Part shown: piece by piece, positions 50,495 to 60,880 of the stretch
How the letters are laid out: each line of letters opens with the position of its first letter
Numbering within the stretch: position 1 is the first letter of the stretch
Assembly (NCBI GenBank): GCA_965218295.1
Contig: CBDCKN010000003.1
Span: 32,001 to 96,000 of the forward strand
Source of the DNA: Longimicrobiales bacterium
Lineage (GTDB): Bacteria; Gemmatimonadota; Gemmatimonadetes; Longimicrobiales; Gaopeijiaceae
Direction of reading: 5' to 3'
Length of the DNA stretch: 64,000 bases
Made by a program: the position numbers and the translations under genes
The notes under the pieces: generated by a model
Told to the model about the DNA's origin: nothing
The model's input: the letters and a program-made list of their open reading frames with translations, nothing else
Database searches by the model: none

Positions 50495-52258
50495 TCAGCC
50501 GCGAAAGTAGACGTAGGCGAGCGCGATCATCAGCAGGACGACGCCCGAGCCGATCACGTCCCTACGATCCCAGCTCCCGCGCGACTCCCTGCGGTGCTCT
50601 TCGGTCACGGTGGCGTACGTGAGGCCGGAGATCCGCTCGTACGCCGGCGATTCGGTCAGGTAGCTCACCGAGACCATGACGACGACCGAGACCACGAAGA
50701 TGAACAGGCTGTAGTACTGGAAGTAGATGTTGTTGACGATCCACAGGAAAGAGCCGGAGGTGTACCCACCCTCGTAGCCTGCCAGCTGCAGGCTCACCGG
50801 CGTGTCGATGGCAAGTCGGAAGGCGCCGAGCAGGAAGCCGACGACGAGCGCAGCGAGAGCTCCCTTGTCGTTCAGCCGCTTGGTGAACACGCCGAGGAAG
50901 AAGACCGTGAAGATCGGTGGCCCGAGGTAGCTCTGCACGCCCTGGAGGTATTCGTAGAGCCCGCGGGCGCCCTGAATCACCGGAATCCAGAGTAAACCGA
51001 TGACGACCATCATCGCCGTAGCGACCCGGCCCACCCACACCAATTGGTGCCGAGACGCCTCGGGGTTCCACTTCTGGTACAGGTCCATCGTGAAGAGCGT
51101 CGAGGAGGCGTTGAAGACGCCCGCCAGAGAGCTCATCAGCGCGGCAAGGAGCCCCGCGACAACCAGGCCGCGCACCCCGACCGGCAAGACGCTCATAACC
51201 AGGAGCGGGAAGGCCGCTTGGGCGGATTCCGGGATCACGTCACCGTTCGCGTCCACCATCTGGCTCAGCGCGCCGTATTCGCCGGTCCTGGCGAGCACGA
51301 GCGCGATCATTCCGGGGATGATGAAGAGGAAGACCGGCAGCAGCTTGAGGAGGCCCGCGAAGATGCTCCCGCGGCGCGCCTCGGTCTCGTTCCGGGCACC
51401 GAGCGCCCGCTGCACGATGTACTGGTCCGTGCACCAGTACCACAGACCGATGATTGGGGCGCAGAAGAGCATCCCGAACCACGGATAGTTGCCGTTGAAG
51501 TACCAGGCGAGGCGCTCGGGCTCCATCACCGGGGCCCACGTCCCCTGTATCCCGTCGGGGATCAGCGGCTTCCACAGGTTGAAGAGGTCGGGATCGAGCG
51601 CCGCGCGGAGCTCGCCCCAGCCGCCGAGAGCCGAGAGCCCGAACCAGGTGAGCAGCGACGAGCCGACGACGAGGATCAGCGTCTGGAGCGCCTCGGTGTA
51701 GGCGACGGCCCGCATTCCGCCGGCCACCGTGTAGATGCCTGTCAGGATCACGAGCACCACCGAACCGATCCAGAAACTGCCCCATACCGTGGACCCGATC
51801 TGGAGCTGCACGTCGGGGAGGAGGGTCGCGAACACGACGCCGCCCGCGAAGATCCCCACCGCGATCTTCGTCAGGACGTATCCCACGAGGGAGATGAGCG
51901 ACAGCAGCCAGCGGGCAGCGGGTGAGAAGCGACGCTCCAGGAACTCGGGCATCGTGTAGACGCGCGAGCGCATGAAAAACGGGACGAACACCCAGGCCAG
52001 GATGAGCAGGCACCAGGCGTGGAGCTCGTAGTGCGCCATCGCCACGCCGTCGGTGGCGCCGGAGCCCGCGAGGCCCACGAGGTGCTCGGAGCCGATGTTG
52101 GACGCGAAGATCGACGCTCCGACGATGAACCAGCCGAGGTTGCGATTGGCGAGGAAGTAATCGTCCGGAGTGTCCTGGCGTGTGAGAAAGACCCAGGCTG
52201 CGAGGCCCAGGATCGCGCCGAGGTACGCGAGGATGATCAGCCAGTCGAGGGTGGCCAC
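50495..52258 (-). CDS. Sodium:solute symporter (SGLT-like sugar transporter)
   Basis: ASNIGSEHLVGLAG, TMPEFLERRF, WYWCTDQYIVQR, AALMSSL. Confidence 0.93.
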   Translation of the reverse strand: MATLDWLIILAYLGAILGLAAWVFLTRQDTPDDYFLANRNLGWFIVGASIFASNIGSEHLVGLAGSGATDGVAMAHYELHAWCLLILAWVFVPFFMRSRVYTMPEFLERRFSPAARWLLSLISLVGYVLTKIAVGIFAGGVVFATLLPDVQLQIGSTVWGSFWIGSVVLVILTGIYTVAGGMRAVAYTEALQTLILVVGSSLLTWFGLSALGGWGELRAALDPDLFNLWKPLIPDGIQGTWAPVMEPERLAWYFNGNYPWFGMLFCAPIIGLWYWCTDQYIVQRALGARNETEARRGSIFAGLLKLLPVFLFIIPGMIALVLARTGEYGALSQMVDANGDVIPESAQAAFPLLVMSVLPVGVRGLVVAGLLAALMSSLAGVFNASSTLFTMDLYQKWNPEASRHQLVWVGRVATAMMVVIGLLWIPVIQGARGLYEYLQGVQSYLGPPIFTVFFLGVFTKRLNDKGALAALVVGFLLGAFRLAIDTPVSLQLAGYEGGYTSGSFLWIVNNIYFQYYSLFIFVVSVVVMVSVSYLTESPAYERISGLTYATVTEEHRRESRGSWDRRDVIGSGVVLLMIALAYVYFRG

Positions 52259-52277
52259 GGTCAGTTCGTTTCGGTGG

Positions 52278-53390
52278 TCAGCCCGCCACGCCGAACGCCA
52301 TCACCGTGCGCGTCCGGTACTCCTCTCCAAGGCGCAGGATCGTCGAGGGGAAAGACGGCTGGTTGGGGGAGTCCGGATAGTGCTGCGCCTCGAGGCAGAA
52401 GCCGCTCCGGTGTCCGTAGACGTGTCCATCCTTTCCGGTAATGGTGCCGTCGAGGAAGTTGCCCGAGTAGAACTGCAGGCCCGGCTCCGTCGTCAAGATG
52501 TCGAGCGTGCGGCCGGTCGTGGGCTCCGTGACGCGCGTCGCATGCTGGAGGCCCACGCCCGAGCGGTCGAGGACGAAGTTGTGATCGTAGCCGAGACCGT
52601 TTCGGAGCTGAGCGTCGTCTTGTTCAATCCGAGCCCCGATCGCGGTGGGCATTCGGAAGTCGAAGGGCGTGCCCTCCAGCGTCGCGATCTCCCCGGTCGG
52701 GATCAAGCCCGAGTCCACCGGCGTGTAGGCACTGGCGGCAACCATCAGCTCGTGCGCGAGGATGTCACCGCTCCCCGCGCCCGCGAGGTTGAAATAGCTG
52801 TGCTGCGTGAGGTTGACCGGCGTCGGCCGGTCGGTCGTGGCCAGGTAGTCGACGATGAGCTCGTCCGAGTCGGTGAGCGTGTAGGTCACCCGCACTCTCA
52901 GCGTCCCCGGGTACCCCTCCTCCCCGTCGGGGCTCGTGTACGTGAGCACGACACCCACGGCGGTGCTGCTCTGGAACGGCTCGCCGCTCCACACGACTTT
53001 GTCGAACCCCCGCACTCCGCCGTGTAGGTGGTTCGGGCCGTTGTTGGTCACGAGCGTGAAGGTCTCTCCGTCGAGCGTGAAGCGGCCTCCGGCGATCCGG
53101 TTTCCGTAACGACCGATGATCGAGCCGAAGTAGGGCGATCCCGCCAGGTACCCGTCGAGCGCGTCGAAGCCCAGGACGATGTCGCCCAGGCGCCCATCGC
53201 GGTCGGGCGTCCGCAGCGAAACGATGATCCCCCCGAACGTGATGGCGCGCACCTCGATGCCATTCGGGTTGGTCATCGTGAACAGATCGACGGGCTCGCC
53301 GTCCGGCGTGGCACCGAAGGGGGCGCTGGTGATGCTTCGTGTCACGGGGGATTCTCCCGACGAGCAGCCGACGAGCGAGAGCAGCGTCAC
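52278..53390 (-). CDS. galM: Aldose 1-epimerase (mutarotase), lipoprotein-like
   Basis: GRYGNRI, HLHGG, EEGYPG, NLTQHSYFNL, GYDHN, QFYSGN, FCLE. Confidence 0.93.
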   Translation of the reverse strand: MTLLSLVGCSSGESPVTRSITSAPFGATPDGEPVDLFTMTNPNGIEVRAITFGGIIVSLRTPDRDGRLGDIVLGFDALDGYLAGSPYFGSIIGRYGNRIAGGRFTLDGETFTLVTNNGPNHLHGGVRGFDKVVWSGEPFQSSTAVGVVLTYTSPDGEEGYPGTLRVRVTYTLTDSDELIVDYLATTDRPTPVNLTQHSYFNLAGAGSGDILAHELMVAASAYTPVDSGLIPTGEIATLEGTPFDFRMPTAIGARIEQDDAQLRNGLGYDHNFVLDRSGVGLQHATRVTEPTTGRTLDILTTEPGLQFYSGNFLDGTITGKDGHVYGHRSGFCLEAQHYPDSPNQPSFPSTILRLGEEYRTRTVMAFGVAG

Positions 53391-53485
53391 GACCGACGAC
53401 GCGAGCGTCCGGACGCTTCGAAGCTTCGCGTAGGCTATGGTTAGGCGCCCTCTTCCAGGAGTTCCGTCCCGAGCCGCACGATGGG

Positions 53486-53515
53486 CGGGACAGGATACGA
53501 CGGGACAGGATACAA
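53486..53515. repeat. 15-bp tandem direct repeat upstream of galM
   Basis: CGGGACAGGATACGA CGGGACAGGATACAA. Confidence 0.7.
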
Positions 53516-53982
53516 CAGTGGGATCGACGGCGCGAACGGGCTCGAGGGATAGGCATCATAGGGGCCTGGCGTCTGCTACCGGTCCACCCAGCAGCAAAGC
53601 AGCACGAAGATGACGAGGCGTTCTCCCCCTGGAGTGGGTGCACTTTCGAGAGTGCTAAGAAGAATCCCACGACTGTGATGGCTTCGGTGCCCGTGGCGTC
53701 CAATCCAATCATTTCGTCCATACGAGTGCCTCCGAGAATCGCGGCTACGCTGAGGTGGGGCGAGTGGCCCGCTTGCGCTCCCTCCAGTGCGGGGTGCATC
53801 GTAGTGTCGATTTCGTCGTCGTGACCACTCTGCGAAGGGCTTGTTGTGAGCCGGAAACCCTGCCTACACGTGCCGATGCTCGCCACGATCGTAGTCCTTT
53901 TTGGCTGCGCGAGCGGCCGGTCCCCGGAAGAACGTGCGGCATCCTTCGTGCAGACGTTCTCAACGCCGCGTGGGAGGAGATC

Positions 53983-54429
53983 ATGAGACGAATACGCGCA
54001 CTCTCGCGGAGCCCCGCACTCGCCGCTACCAGCTTCGCCTGCGTTCTACTGGCGGGCTGCCACACGTGGAGACCCTCTGAGCTACCCTTGGTCGAATTGG
54101 TGGCTGAGCGACCAGGATCACTAAGGGTTTATGACCGTGCCGGGGACGATCACGTCCTCGACAGTCCGAGGATCGAGCAGGACAGTCTGGTCTCCTCAGA
54201 CTACATGGAGTTTGCGGATGGGTCACGCCTTGGGGAACGCATTGCTCTTGAGGATATCACTGCTGTAGAGGAGCGTAAGTACTCTGAGGGACGGACAGTG
54301 GTGGTCGCACTCGGCATAACTGGGGCTCTGGTGGTGGCATTCGTGCGCGAAGCCTTTACGCGTATCCCGGGTAGCGCGGGGGACGTCCCACCCAACGACG
54401 TGGGCGAGGGACACCACGAGCAATTCTGA
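53983..54429 (+). CDS. Hypothetical lipoprotein
   Basis: RBS GGAGGAG, lipobox LAGC, C-terminal hydrophobic segment. Confidence 0.65.
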   Translation: MRRIRALSRSPALAATSFACVLLAGCHTWRPSELPLVELVAERPGSLRVYDRAGDDHVLDSPRIEQDSLVSSDYMEFADGSRLGERIALEDITAVEERKYSEGRTVVVALGITGALVVAFVREAFTRIPGSAGDVPPNDVGEGHHEQF

Positions 54430-54440
54430 GAGCAACGATC

Positions 54441-55205
54441 TCACGCCTTCACGTTGTCGATCAGGCGCACGCCTTCAATGAAGACAGCCGCCAGCCGTCT
54501 CCCCGACCAGTCTTCCACGTAGTCGACCTGAATACTACGGTCCTCGAGGCTGTTCCGAACCCCCAACGACGAAGCTCCCTTCTTCAAGACAGAAGCAAAC
54601 TCGGACGCCAGCTTTCGGCCGTGGGCCGACAAAAGTGCGTTACGTGAACTCAGCGCCACGCCGTCGGCATCCCGCACGATGGGACATGAACGGATCTGCA
54701 CCTCCATGGAAAAAGCAGCCGCCATGTCTTGGATGAGGCGATACTGCTGGTAGTCTTTTTCGCCAAAATATGCTCGGTGCGGGCGAATGATGTTGAACAA
54801 ACGCATGACGACCGTCAGTACCCCGTCGAAATGGCCGGGTCGATGCGCTCCGCAGAGTCGCGTGCTCAAATCGGTCTCGGACAGTTTGTACCGATAGTCG
54901 TCAGGATAGACCGTGCTCCGGTCCGGGAGAAACAGATAGTCGACGCCAAGCTCTTCGAGCGTTTGGGTGTCGACATCCAGGGTGCGTGGATAGTTCTCGA
55001 GGTCGCTTGGGTCGTTGAATTGTGTAGGGTTGACGAATACGCTGACGACGGTCTTGGTGTTTTCCTCGAGGCTGCGCTCGACCAACGAGGTATGGCCGGT
55101 GTGAAGTGCACCCATCGTCGGGACGAAGCCTAGCGTGCTGCCCGAGTTCTCGATCTCGGCGCGCACGGGTTTCCAATCGGCCACCGAGCCAACCGTTCGC
55201 ATCAA
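54441..55205 (-). CDS. panC: Pantoate-beta-alanine ligase
   Basis: FVPTMGALHTGH, FVNPTQF, RPGHFDGV, FGEKDYQQ, ALSSRN, RLIDN. Confidence 0.96.
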   Translation of the reverse strand: MMRTVGSVADWKPVRAEIENSGSTLGFVPTMGALHTGHTSLVERSLEENTKTVVSVFVNPTQFNDPSDLENYPRTLDVDTQTLEELGVDYLFLPDRSTVYPDDYRYKLSETDLSTRLCGAHRPGHFDGVLTVVMRLFNIIRPHRAYFGEKDYQQYRLIQDMAAAFSMEVQIRSCPIVRDADGVALSSRNALLSAHGRKLASEFASVLKKGASSLGVRNSLEDRSIQVDYVEDWSGRRLAAVFIEGVRLIDNVKA

Positions 55206-55990
55206 CTGTAGCTCTGGGCGTCGGTTGGGAAGGACCCTTCCTTTGTTTCTCGATCGAATGCATTGACTGCGCGTTGCACGAGGTCGAAGCCGTCCTCGAA
55301 GACCTTCACGAACTTTGCGTGAAAATCACGGTTGAATCCAGCGAGATCGTGTAACACCAACACTTGCCCATCGCAATGCGGGCCCGCACCGATCCCGATA
55401 GTGGGAACCGCCACATCCGCCGTAATCTGCCTCGCGGTGTCGACGGGAACGCATTCCAGCACTATGCCGAAGCATCCGGCATCGGCGACTCTCTTAGCTT
55501 GATCGGCGAGTTGAGCCGTCGACTCCTTGCTACCACCTTGCACCTTGAACCCACCGAGACGGTTCACGGCTTGTGGGGTGAGGCCCAGGTGTCCCATGAC
55601 CGGCACACCGGCGAGTACGACGCGTTCAACGACATCCTCGATTCCGTCGATTCCCTCCAGCTTGACCGCGTTGGCACCGGCGTGGATCAACGCTTCGACG
55701 GTGTCCATCGCCGGCTTGAGCCCTTTGTGAAACGAGAGAAAGGGTATATCCGCGATGAGGAATTTCTCGGGTGCGCCTCGGGCAACCGCTTCGGTGTGCA
55801 ATACCATGAGATCCGTCGTGGCCGGCAGTGTTGACGACTGTCCGTGCATGACCATGGCCGCGCTGTCTCCCACCAAGATGGCGTCGATGGACGTCTCTCG
55901 AAGGATTCGCGCCGACCAGTAGTCGTAGCACGTAGTCATCGAGACTTTTTCTCCGTCAGCTTTCTTGCGGCGAAAGTCCAAAGCATTCAT
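55202..55990 (-). CDS. panB: 3-methyl-2-oxobutanoate hydroxymethyltransferase
   Basis: ILVGDS, ADIPF, AVKLEG, HLGLTPQ, LECVP, IGIGAG, DGQVLV. Confidence 0.96.
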   Translation of the reverse strand: MNALDFRRKKADGEKVSMTTCYDYWSARILRETSIDAILVGDSAAMVMHGQSSTLPATTDLMVLHTEAVARGAPEKFLIADIPFLSFHKGLKPAMDTVEALIHAGANAVKLEGIDGIEDVVERVVLAGVPVMGHLGLTPQAVNRLGGFKVQGGSKESTAQLADQAKRVADAGCFGIVLECVPVDTARQITADVAVPTIGIGAGPHCDGQVLVLHDLAGFNRDFHAKFVKVFEDGFDLVQRAVNAFDRETKEGSFPTDAQSYS

Positions 55991-56700
55991 GAGCGACCCT
56001 CGAGCAGTTCCGGGGCAACGGCCTTTACGAAAGCGGCGTATACGTCATGATATGGATCGCCGGACAGGGCGGCGAGGTTGGCTCGAATCGTATCTCGATC
56101 GCCCCGCGTGATGGGTCCCGTCGAAGCGGTGTCAACTTTCTCGAGGTTGGCTGCGACCTGACGGAGATAGGGAAGAGCGACGCTGGGTGGCAGCTGCAAT
56201 TGCTCTTCAAACGTGTGAAACAGCTTGTTCCACAATAGCATGGTAAAATTGCCGGCCATTACGGCAAGGCTGTGATACAACGGCTTGAGACCCGCGGCGA
56301 GAGTGTAACGGGGGTTTGGCAACTCTGGAAACACGTCTTCAAAGCGGGGCTCGCCCTCTTCGCAAATAAAAGGTATGGATTCGTATGTCACTCGATCGTA
56401 GAGATCTGCGCCGAACGTTGTGAGGGGATGCATCCCCGTGGCCGAAGACGTGACGAGGCTTCCCGAAAAATGGATGAGCGTTTTTTCCCGTAACCCATCG
56501 TTCGCAGTGATGAACTGTTCGATCGCGGCGTCGCTGACGAGTAGGAGAACGGCATCACTCTCGGCAAGAGCGGCGCTTGGTGGGGCGTTCCCCGCCGACC
56601 GGCGCGACCAATCGACATGAGGCAGGTCGAGGAGATCGAAGTAGTGTGTCATGTGCCGTGCCACGCGTCCATCGCCCACGATTCCATACCGGATTGCCAT
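55987..56700 (-). CDS. Rossmann plus DUF2520 protein, probable PanG-type ketopantoate reductase
   Basis: GIVGDGRVA, HFSGS, HPLTTF, YHSLAVMAGNF, TGPITRGD; 4-nt overlap with panB. Confidence 0.8.
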   Translation of the reverse strand: MAIRYGIVGDGRVARHMTHYFDLLDLPHVDWSRRSAGNAPPSAALAESDAVLLLVSDAAIEQFITANDGLREKTLIHFSGSLVTSSATGMHPLTTFGADLYDRVTYESIPFICEEGEPRFEDVFPELPNPRYTLAAGLKPLYHSLAVMAGNFTMLLWNKLFHTFEEQLQLPPSVALPYLRQVAANLEKVDTASTGPITRGDRDTIRANLAALSGDPYHDVYAAFVKAVAPELLEGRS

Positions 56701-56825
56701 TCGTTAATCTACCTACTGAGCCGAGGGCCGGGCACCAGCACACGGTTGCCGGAGGTGCAAGCACATTGTGATACAGTCGCGCGGAGCGTTTATGCGGCGT
56801 CGGTGCCCGCGGGCCAGGAGGGCGG

Positions 56826-56942
56826 CCCAGCGGGAGGGGCGGGAGGAGCTGGGGTCTGAAGCTTTCAGTGGCGCCCCGACCGCGAGTGACCATGCTCCAT
56901 ACACATTTACCCCACGAAAGCCTTTGTCGTGGATGTGTTGGA
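56826..56942. repeat. Decayed direct-repeat copy of 63630-63792 (3' end of the hyi-like gene plus flank)
   Basis: Shared blocks GGGGCGGGAGGAGCTGGGGTCTGAAGCTTTCAG, GCGCCCCGACCGCGAGT, CCATGCTCCATAC, CCCCACGAAAGCCTTTGTCGTGGATGTGTTGGA; about 44 bp missing internally. Confidence 0.9.
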
Positions 56943-57159
56943 GTCCGCTACGGCGGCCAAATCGTGTAGCGGAGCGACGCCTCACGGGGATTCGCAGCTG
57001 AAGCCGAAGGAATCGTCCAAGTCCTCAGGCAGGACGAGCGTTGGCAATCCGCGTCCCGGGCCGATGGAATCCCGTCGGGTTCTCGAAACCGTCGACATTG
57101 CCCGCCTCGACCCTGTCACAGCCACGTTGAACCACGAGGTCCCTGCGCCCCTGACCTCC

Positions 57160-57510
57160 CTAGCTCACTGGCGTGACCGCCGCCATATCCCGATCCCCGG
57201 TTCGGATTCGGTGGACCTGATCCACCGGACACACGAAGATCTTCCCGTCTCCAACCTCGTCCGTGCGCGCAGAACGCATGATCGCCTCCACGACAGTCTC
57301 GGTGAACTCGTCCGATACGCCGATGTCCAGCAGGACTTTCTCCTGCAGCTCCATCATGACCGTCGTTCCCCGGTAGGTCGCCACCGGAGTGGTCTCACCT
57401 CCGTGACCCTGGACCCGGGACACCGTGATTCCCCGCACATCCGCCTGGAATAGCGCCTTCATCACGTCGTTCAGCTTTTCCGGGCGAATGATGGCCTTGA
57501 TCAGCTTCAT
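57160..57510 (-). CDS. glnK: P-II family nitrogen regulatory protein
   Basis: KAIIRPEKL, YRG, VGDGKIFV, RIRTG; adjacent to amt. Confidence 0.93.
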   Translation of the reverse strand: MKLIKAIIRPEKLNDVMKALFQADVRGITVSRVQGHGGETTPVATYRGTTVMMELQEKVLLDIGVSDEFTETVVEAIMRSARTDEVGDGKIFVCPVDQVHRIRTGDRDMAAVTPVS

Positions 57511-57534
57511 CTGGGTTTCCTCTCCGTGTGGGGT

Positions 57535-58956
57535 TCAGACAGTGTCCGTGGGGTACGCAGAAGCCGTGGAGCCCGCCGGTGTCGTCCCGGGCGAGGACTC
57601 CGCGCCCGACCCGCCGTTCCTCTCCTCGTCCAGGAGGAGGACGGCCCCGCCGCTCCTTGCGTACGCTTCCTCTCCGTGGTTCAGGAGGTCCATGCCGCGG
57701 GCTTCCTCTCTCTCCGAAGGCCGAAGCGGGCTGACGAGTCCGATCACCTTCAGGATGATGAAGGTCATGGCCCCGCAGTAGACGGCGACGGCGAGAACGG
57801 CGATCGCCTGTATGCCGACCTGGCCGGGATTGCCATAAAAGAGCCCGTCGGCCACGCCGTTTAACGCGGCGCTGGCAAAGACCCCGGTGAGGATCGCGCC
57901 GCTCATGCCACCTATCCCGTGCGCCGCGAACACGTCGAGGGAGTCATCCAGGCGGGTGCGCGCCCGCCATTGAAGGACCGCATAGCTGGGAACGGCCGCG
58001 ATGGCGCCCAGCAGCAGCGCATATACCGGAGAGATGAAGCCCGACGCCGGCGTGATCGCCACCAATCCGACAACGATTGCGGTCGCTACGCCCACCGCGG
58101 TGGCCTTCCCCGTACGGAAGTGATCCAGCAGCGCCCAGACGACGAGCGCCGCGGCGGGGGCCAGAAAAGTATTCACGAAGGCCAGCGCCGCGATGCCGTC
58201 CGAGGCAAGCGCGCTCCCACCATTGAACCCGAACCACCCGAACCAGAGGAGCGCCGCGCCGAGGAGCACAAATGGAACGTTGTGAGGCAGCAGGGCGGTT
58301 CGTGCGTACTCATGTCGGCTTCCCAACACGAGAGCAGCCACGAGCGCGGCAACCCCCGCGTTCACATGCACGACCGTTCCGCCCGCGAAGTCCAGCGCGC
58401 CCAGCCCGGCCAACCATCCGCCACCCCAGACCCAGTGTGTTACGGGGGCGTAGACCACGAGGCCCCAGATCGCGATGAAGGCCACGTAGGGCACGAAGCG
58501 CATACGACCGATCAGAGCACCAGAGATGAGCGCCGCGGTGATAATGGCGAAGGTTGCCTGGAACGCCATGAAGAGTATGTGGGGGATCGTCCCGTTGGGC
58601 TCGAGGCCCACTCCGCGCAGCCCCGCCATCGAGAAGTCACCCACGAGGGCGGTCCCGCTCCCGAACGCGAGCGAGTACGCCAGAAGGGCCCAGATCACAG
58701 CTGACACGCCGAGCGCGACGAAGCTCATCATCATCGTGTTCAGGGCGTTCCTGGAGTTCACGAGGCCGCCGTAGAAAAAGGCGAGCCCCGGGGTCATGAG
58801 GAGAACCAGCGCCGTCGAGATCAGCATCCAACTGGTGTCGGCCCCCGAGATCGCGCCCTCCGCCGCCTCCTGGGCCGCAACCGGGGCGGGCGCTCCCACG
58901 GCGTACAGCAGCGGAAGGACGAGAAGAACGAGTAGTAATTTACGTGAGAGCTGCAT
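57535..58956 (-). CDS. amtB: Ammonium transporter
   Basis: LMTPGLAFFYGG, DFAGGTVVH, WFGWFGFNGGS, GLVAITP, DDSLDVFAAHG, HGEEAY. Confidence 0.96.
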   Translation of the reverse strand: MQLSRKLLLVLLVLPLLYAVGAPAPVAAQEAAEGAISGADTSWMLISTALVLLMTPGLAFFYGGLVNSRNALNTMMMSFVALGVSAVIWALLAYSLAFGSGTALVGDFSMAGLRGVGLEPNGTIPHILFMAFQATFAIITAALISGALIGRMRFVPYVAFIAIWGLVVYAPVTHWVWGGGWLAGLGALDFAGGTVVHVNAGVAALVAALVLGSRHEYARTALLPHNVPFVLLGAALLWFGWFGFNGGSALASDGIAALAFVNTFLAPAAALVVWALLDHFRTGKATAVGVATAIVVGLVAITPASGFISPVYALLLGAIAAVPSYAVLQWRARTRLDDSLDVFAAHGIGGMSGAILTGVFASAALNGVADGLFYGNPGQVGIQAIAVLAVAVYCGAMTFIILKVIGLVSPLRPSEREEARGMDLLNHGEEAYARSGGAVLLLDEERNGGSGAESSPGTTPAGSTASAYPTDTV

Positions 58957-59026
58957 GGGTGGTCTTCCTCCAGTCGGTCCCCAGGGCAACTGCATGCGCC
59001 AAGACGCGCACATGGAACCGCCATTG

Positions 59027-59041
59027 GCAAGGCGTGTGCCA
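59027..59041 (-). promoter_or_regulatory. Sigma54 (-24/-12) promoter of amtB-glnK
   Basis: Minus strand TGGCAC-ACGCC-TTGC. Confidence 0.85.
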
Positions 59042-59130
59042 TGAAACTCAAAACTGGAGAAAACCCTTCATTTAAAAGGGTAATTCCCAATTTTAGGGAC
59101 CTTCTGAGGAGCGTTCTAGGGGCGGAGACT

Positions 59131-59175
59131 CCTACGCCGCGGTAGGACCAGAAAACGAACCTACAAGAATGTAGG
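59131..59175. promoter_or_regulatory. Tandem palindromic upstream activator sites for the amtB promoter
   Basis: CCTACG-CCGC-GGTAGG (59131-59146) and CCTACA-AGAA-TGTAGG (59160-59175). Confidence 0.7.
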
Positions 59176-59191
59176 CACAAGTCCGGAGGGA

Positions 59192-60709
59192 TCAAGTCAG
59201 ACCGTATTTCTTGACTCGAAGGCCCATGATCCGCTCGGTAAGGCCCAGCTGCCGGCCGGCGGCCGCACGGTTGCCCTTGTTCACTTTGAGGGCGTCGATG
59301 ATCAGCTCTTTTTCCAGCACATCCAGCTGGACCTTGAGCGGTCCGGACCGCCCATCGTCGACCTTGGCCATCTGAAGGCTGGGCGGGAGCAACCGAGCGT
59401 GGATGACCTTTCCGTCGGCGAGCAGCACCGCCCGCTCAATGGCGTTCTCCAGCTCTCTGACATTTCCCGGCCAATGATAGGCCATCAATAGATCGATGGC
59501 AGGCGTGGACAGCCTTACGATGGACCGCCCATGCCTCCGCCGGTACTTCTCGATGAAATGATCCGCCAAGAGGATGATGTCGGTACGGCGATCCCGCAGC
59601 GGCGGCACATGAATCGGGAACACGTTGAGGCGATAGTAAAGATCGGCCCGGAACCGTCCCTCTTCCATGTCCCGCTCGAGGGGACGATTTGTCGCTGCGA
59701 CAAAGCGGACATCGGTCCTCAAAACCTTATTGCTGCCGACCCGCTCGAACTCCCGCTCCTGAAGGACCCGGAGAAGCCGGAGTTGGATCGCACCCGTGAG
59801 CTCACCGATTTCATCGAGGAAGATGGTGCCTCCCGAAGCGCGTTCGAAGCGCCCCTCTCTCTGCTGCACCGCGCCACTGAACGCGCCTTTCTCATGGCCG
59901 AAGAGCTCGCTCTCGATGAGGCTCTCGGGCAGCGCAGCGCAGTTGACCTGGACGAAAGGGCCCTCCGACCGTCGACTCCCGTAGTGAACCGCGTGGGCGA
60001 TGAGTTCCTTTCCCGTCCCACTTTCACCCCGGATCAGCACCGTGGCATCGCTTTGGGCCACCTGGCCGATCATCTCGTACACCGGCTCCATTTCGTGCGA
60101 ATTGCCCACGATGTTGGACGGCCGGTAACGGTCGGCAAGCTCCCTCCGCAGGCGCTGGTTCTCCTCCATCAGCGCCTTCTCTTCTTCGGCGAACTGGCCG
60201 AGGCGTACGACATGGGCGATGAGAGAGGCAAGGATGGAGAGGATGCGGATGTCCTCGTCGAAAGAGGCGTCCTGCCCGTACCGCCGCTCGGCGCTTAGGG
60301 CCCCGATCGTCTCGTTCCCCAGCCGAACCGGTACACAGACGAAAGCCAACTCTCTCTCCGGGCGATCCTTCAGAGGACGGGCTCGGCCCAGGAAAAGCGG
60401 CTCGCTGGCGATGGACGGCACGACAACGGGCTCGCCCGTCTTGATGACGCGCCCCGTGATCCCCTCGCCCAAACGGTATCTCCCAGGCTCCCGCTGATCG
60501 GCGGAGAGGCCGATCGCCTCGTGAACCAAGATCTCGGATGTCCGGCGGTTCAGGACGGTGAGCGTCGCGCACTCCACATCCATGTGACGTGAGAGGGCCT
60601 CGAGAATCGGCTTCATGGACGTGCTCACGTCCGAAGCCTCGTCGAGGAGTGTGCTGGCCTCGTGAAGAAGCGACAGCGAACTCGATTGTCCAATGGAATC
60701 AGCCAACAT
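59192..60709 (-). CDS. NifA-like sigma54-dependent activator (GAF, AAA+, HTH)
   Basis: GAF segment [11 protein letters not shown]...[58 protein letters not shown], Fis-type HTH. Confidence 0.92.
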   Translation of the reverse strand: MLADSIGQSSSLSLLHEASTLLDEASDVSTSMKPILEALSRHMDVECATLTVLNRRTSEILVHEAIGLSADQREPGRYRLGEGITGRVIKTGEPVVVPSIASEPLFLGRARPLKDRPERELAFVCVPVRLGNETIGALSAERRYGQDASFDEDIRILSILASLIAHVVRLGQFAEEEKALMEENQRLRRELADRYRPSNIVGNSHEMEPVYEMIGQVAQSDATVLIRGESGTGKELIAHAVHYGSRRSEGPFVQVNCAALPESLIESELFGHEKGAFSGAVQQREGRFERASGGTIFLDEIGELTGAIQLRLLRVLQEREFERVGSNKVLRTDVRFVAATNRPLERDMEEGRFRADLYYRLNVFPIHVPPLRDRRTDIILLADHFIEKYRRRHGRSIVRLSTPAIDLLMAYHWPGNVRELENAIERAVLLADGKVIHARLLPPSLQMAKVDDGRSGPLKVQLDVLEKELIIDALKVNKGNRAAAGRQLGLTERIMGLRVKKYGLT

Positions 60710-60807
60710 CGACCCTGTCCTACATGCTCAAGCATGGCCCGCAGAGCCCGCCGCCGCCAAGCCAACGACAGGCGCCTCAGAGGGCCGGGTGGGTGTGAAG
60801 CCACCAA

Positions 60808-60823
60808 GCTACATAAATGTAGG
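60808..60823. promoter_or_regulatory. Palindromic site upstream of the activator gene (possible autoregulation)
   Basis: GCTACA-TAAA-TGTAGG, same motif as 59160 and 61834. Confidence 0.6.
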
Positions 60824-60880
60824 GGCCGGCGCACGCCGTGTGTGCGAGTGCATCGGGTCCAAGGGGCAAAAATCTCCCCC

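Noticed and set aside
56826..56942. Diversity-generating retroelement template/variable repeat pair with 63630-63792
   Set aside because: No reverse transcriptase in the window, mismatches are not confined to adenines, and the copy has an internal deletion
59192..60709. Nitrogen fixation (true nifA)
   Set aside because: No nif structural genes in the window; the candidate sites differ from TGT-N10-ACA; neighbours are uptake genes
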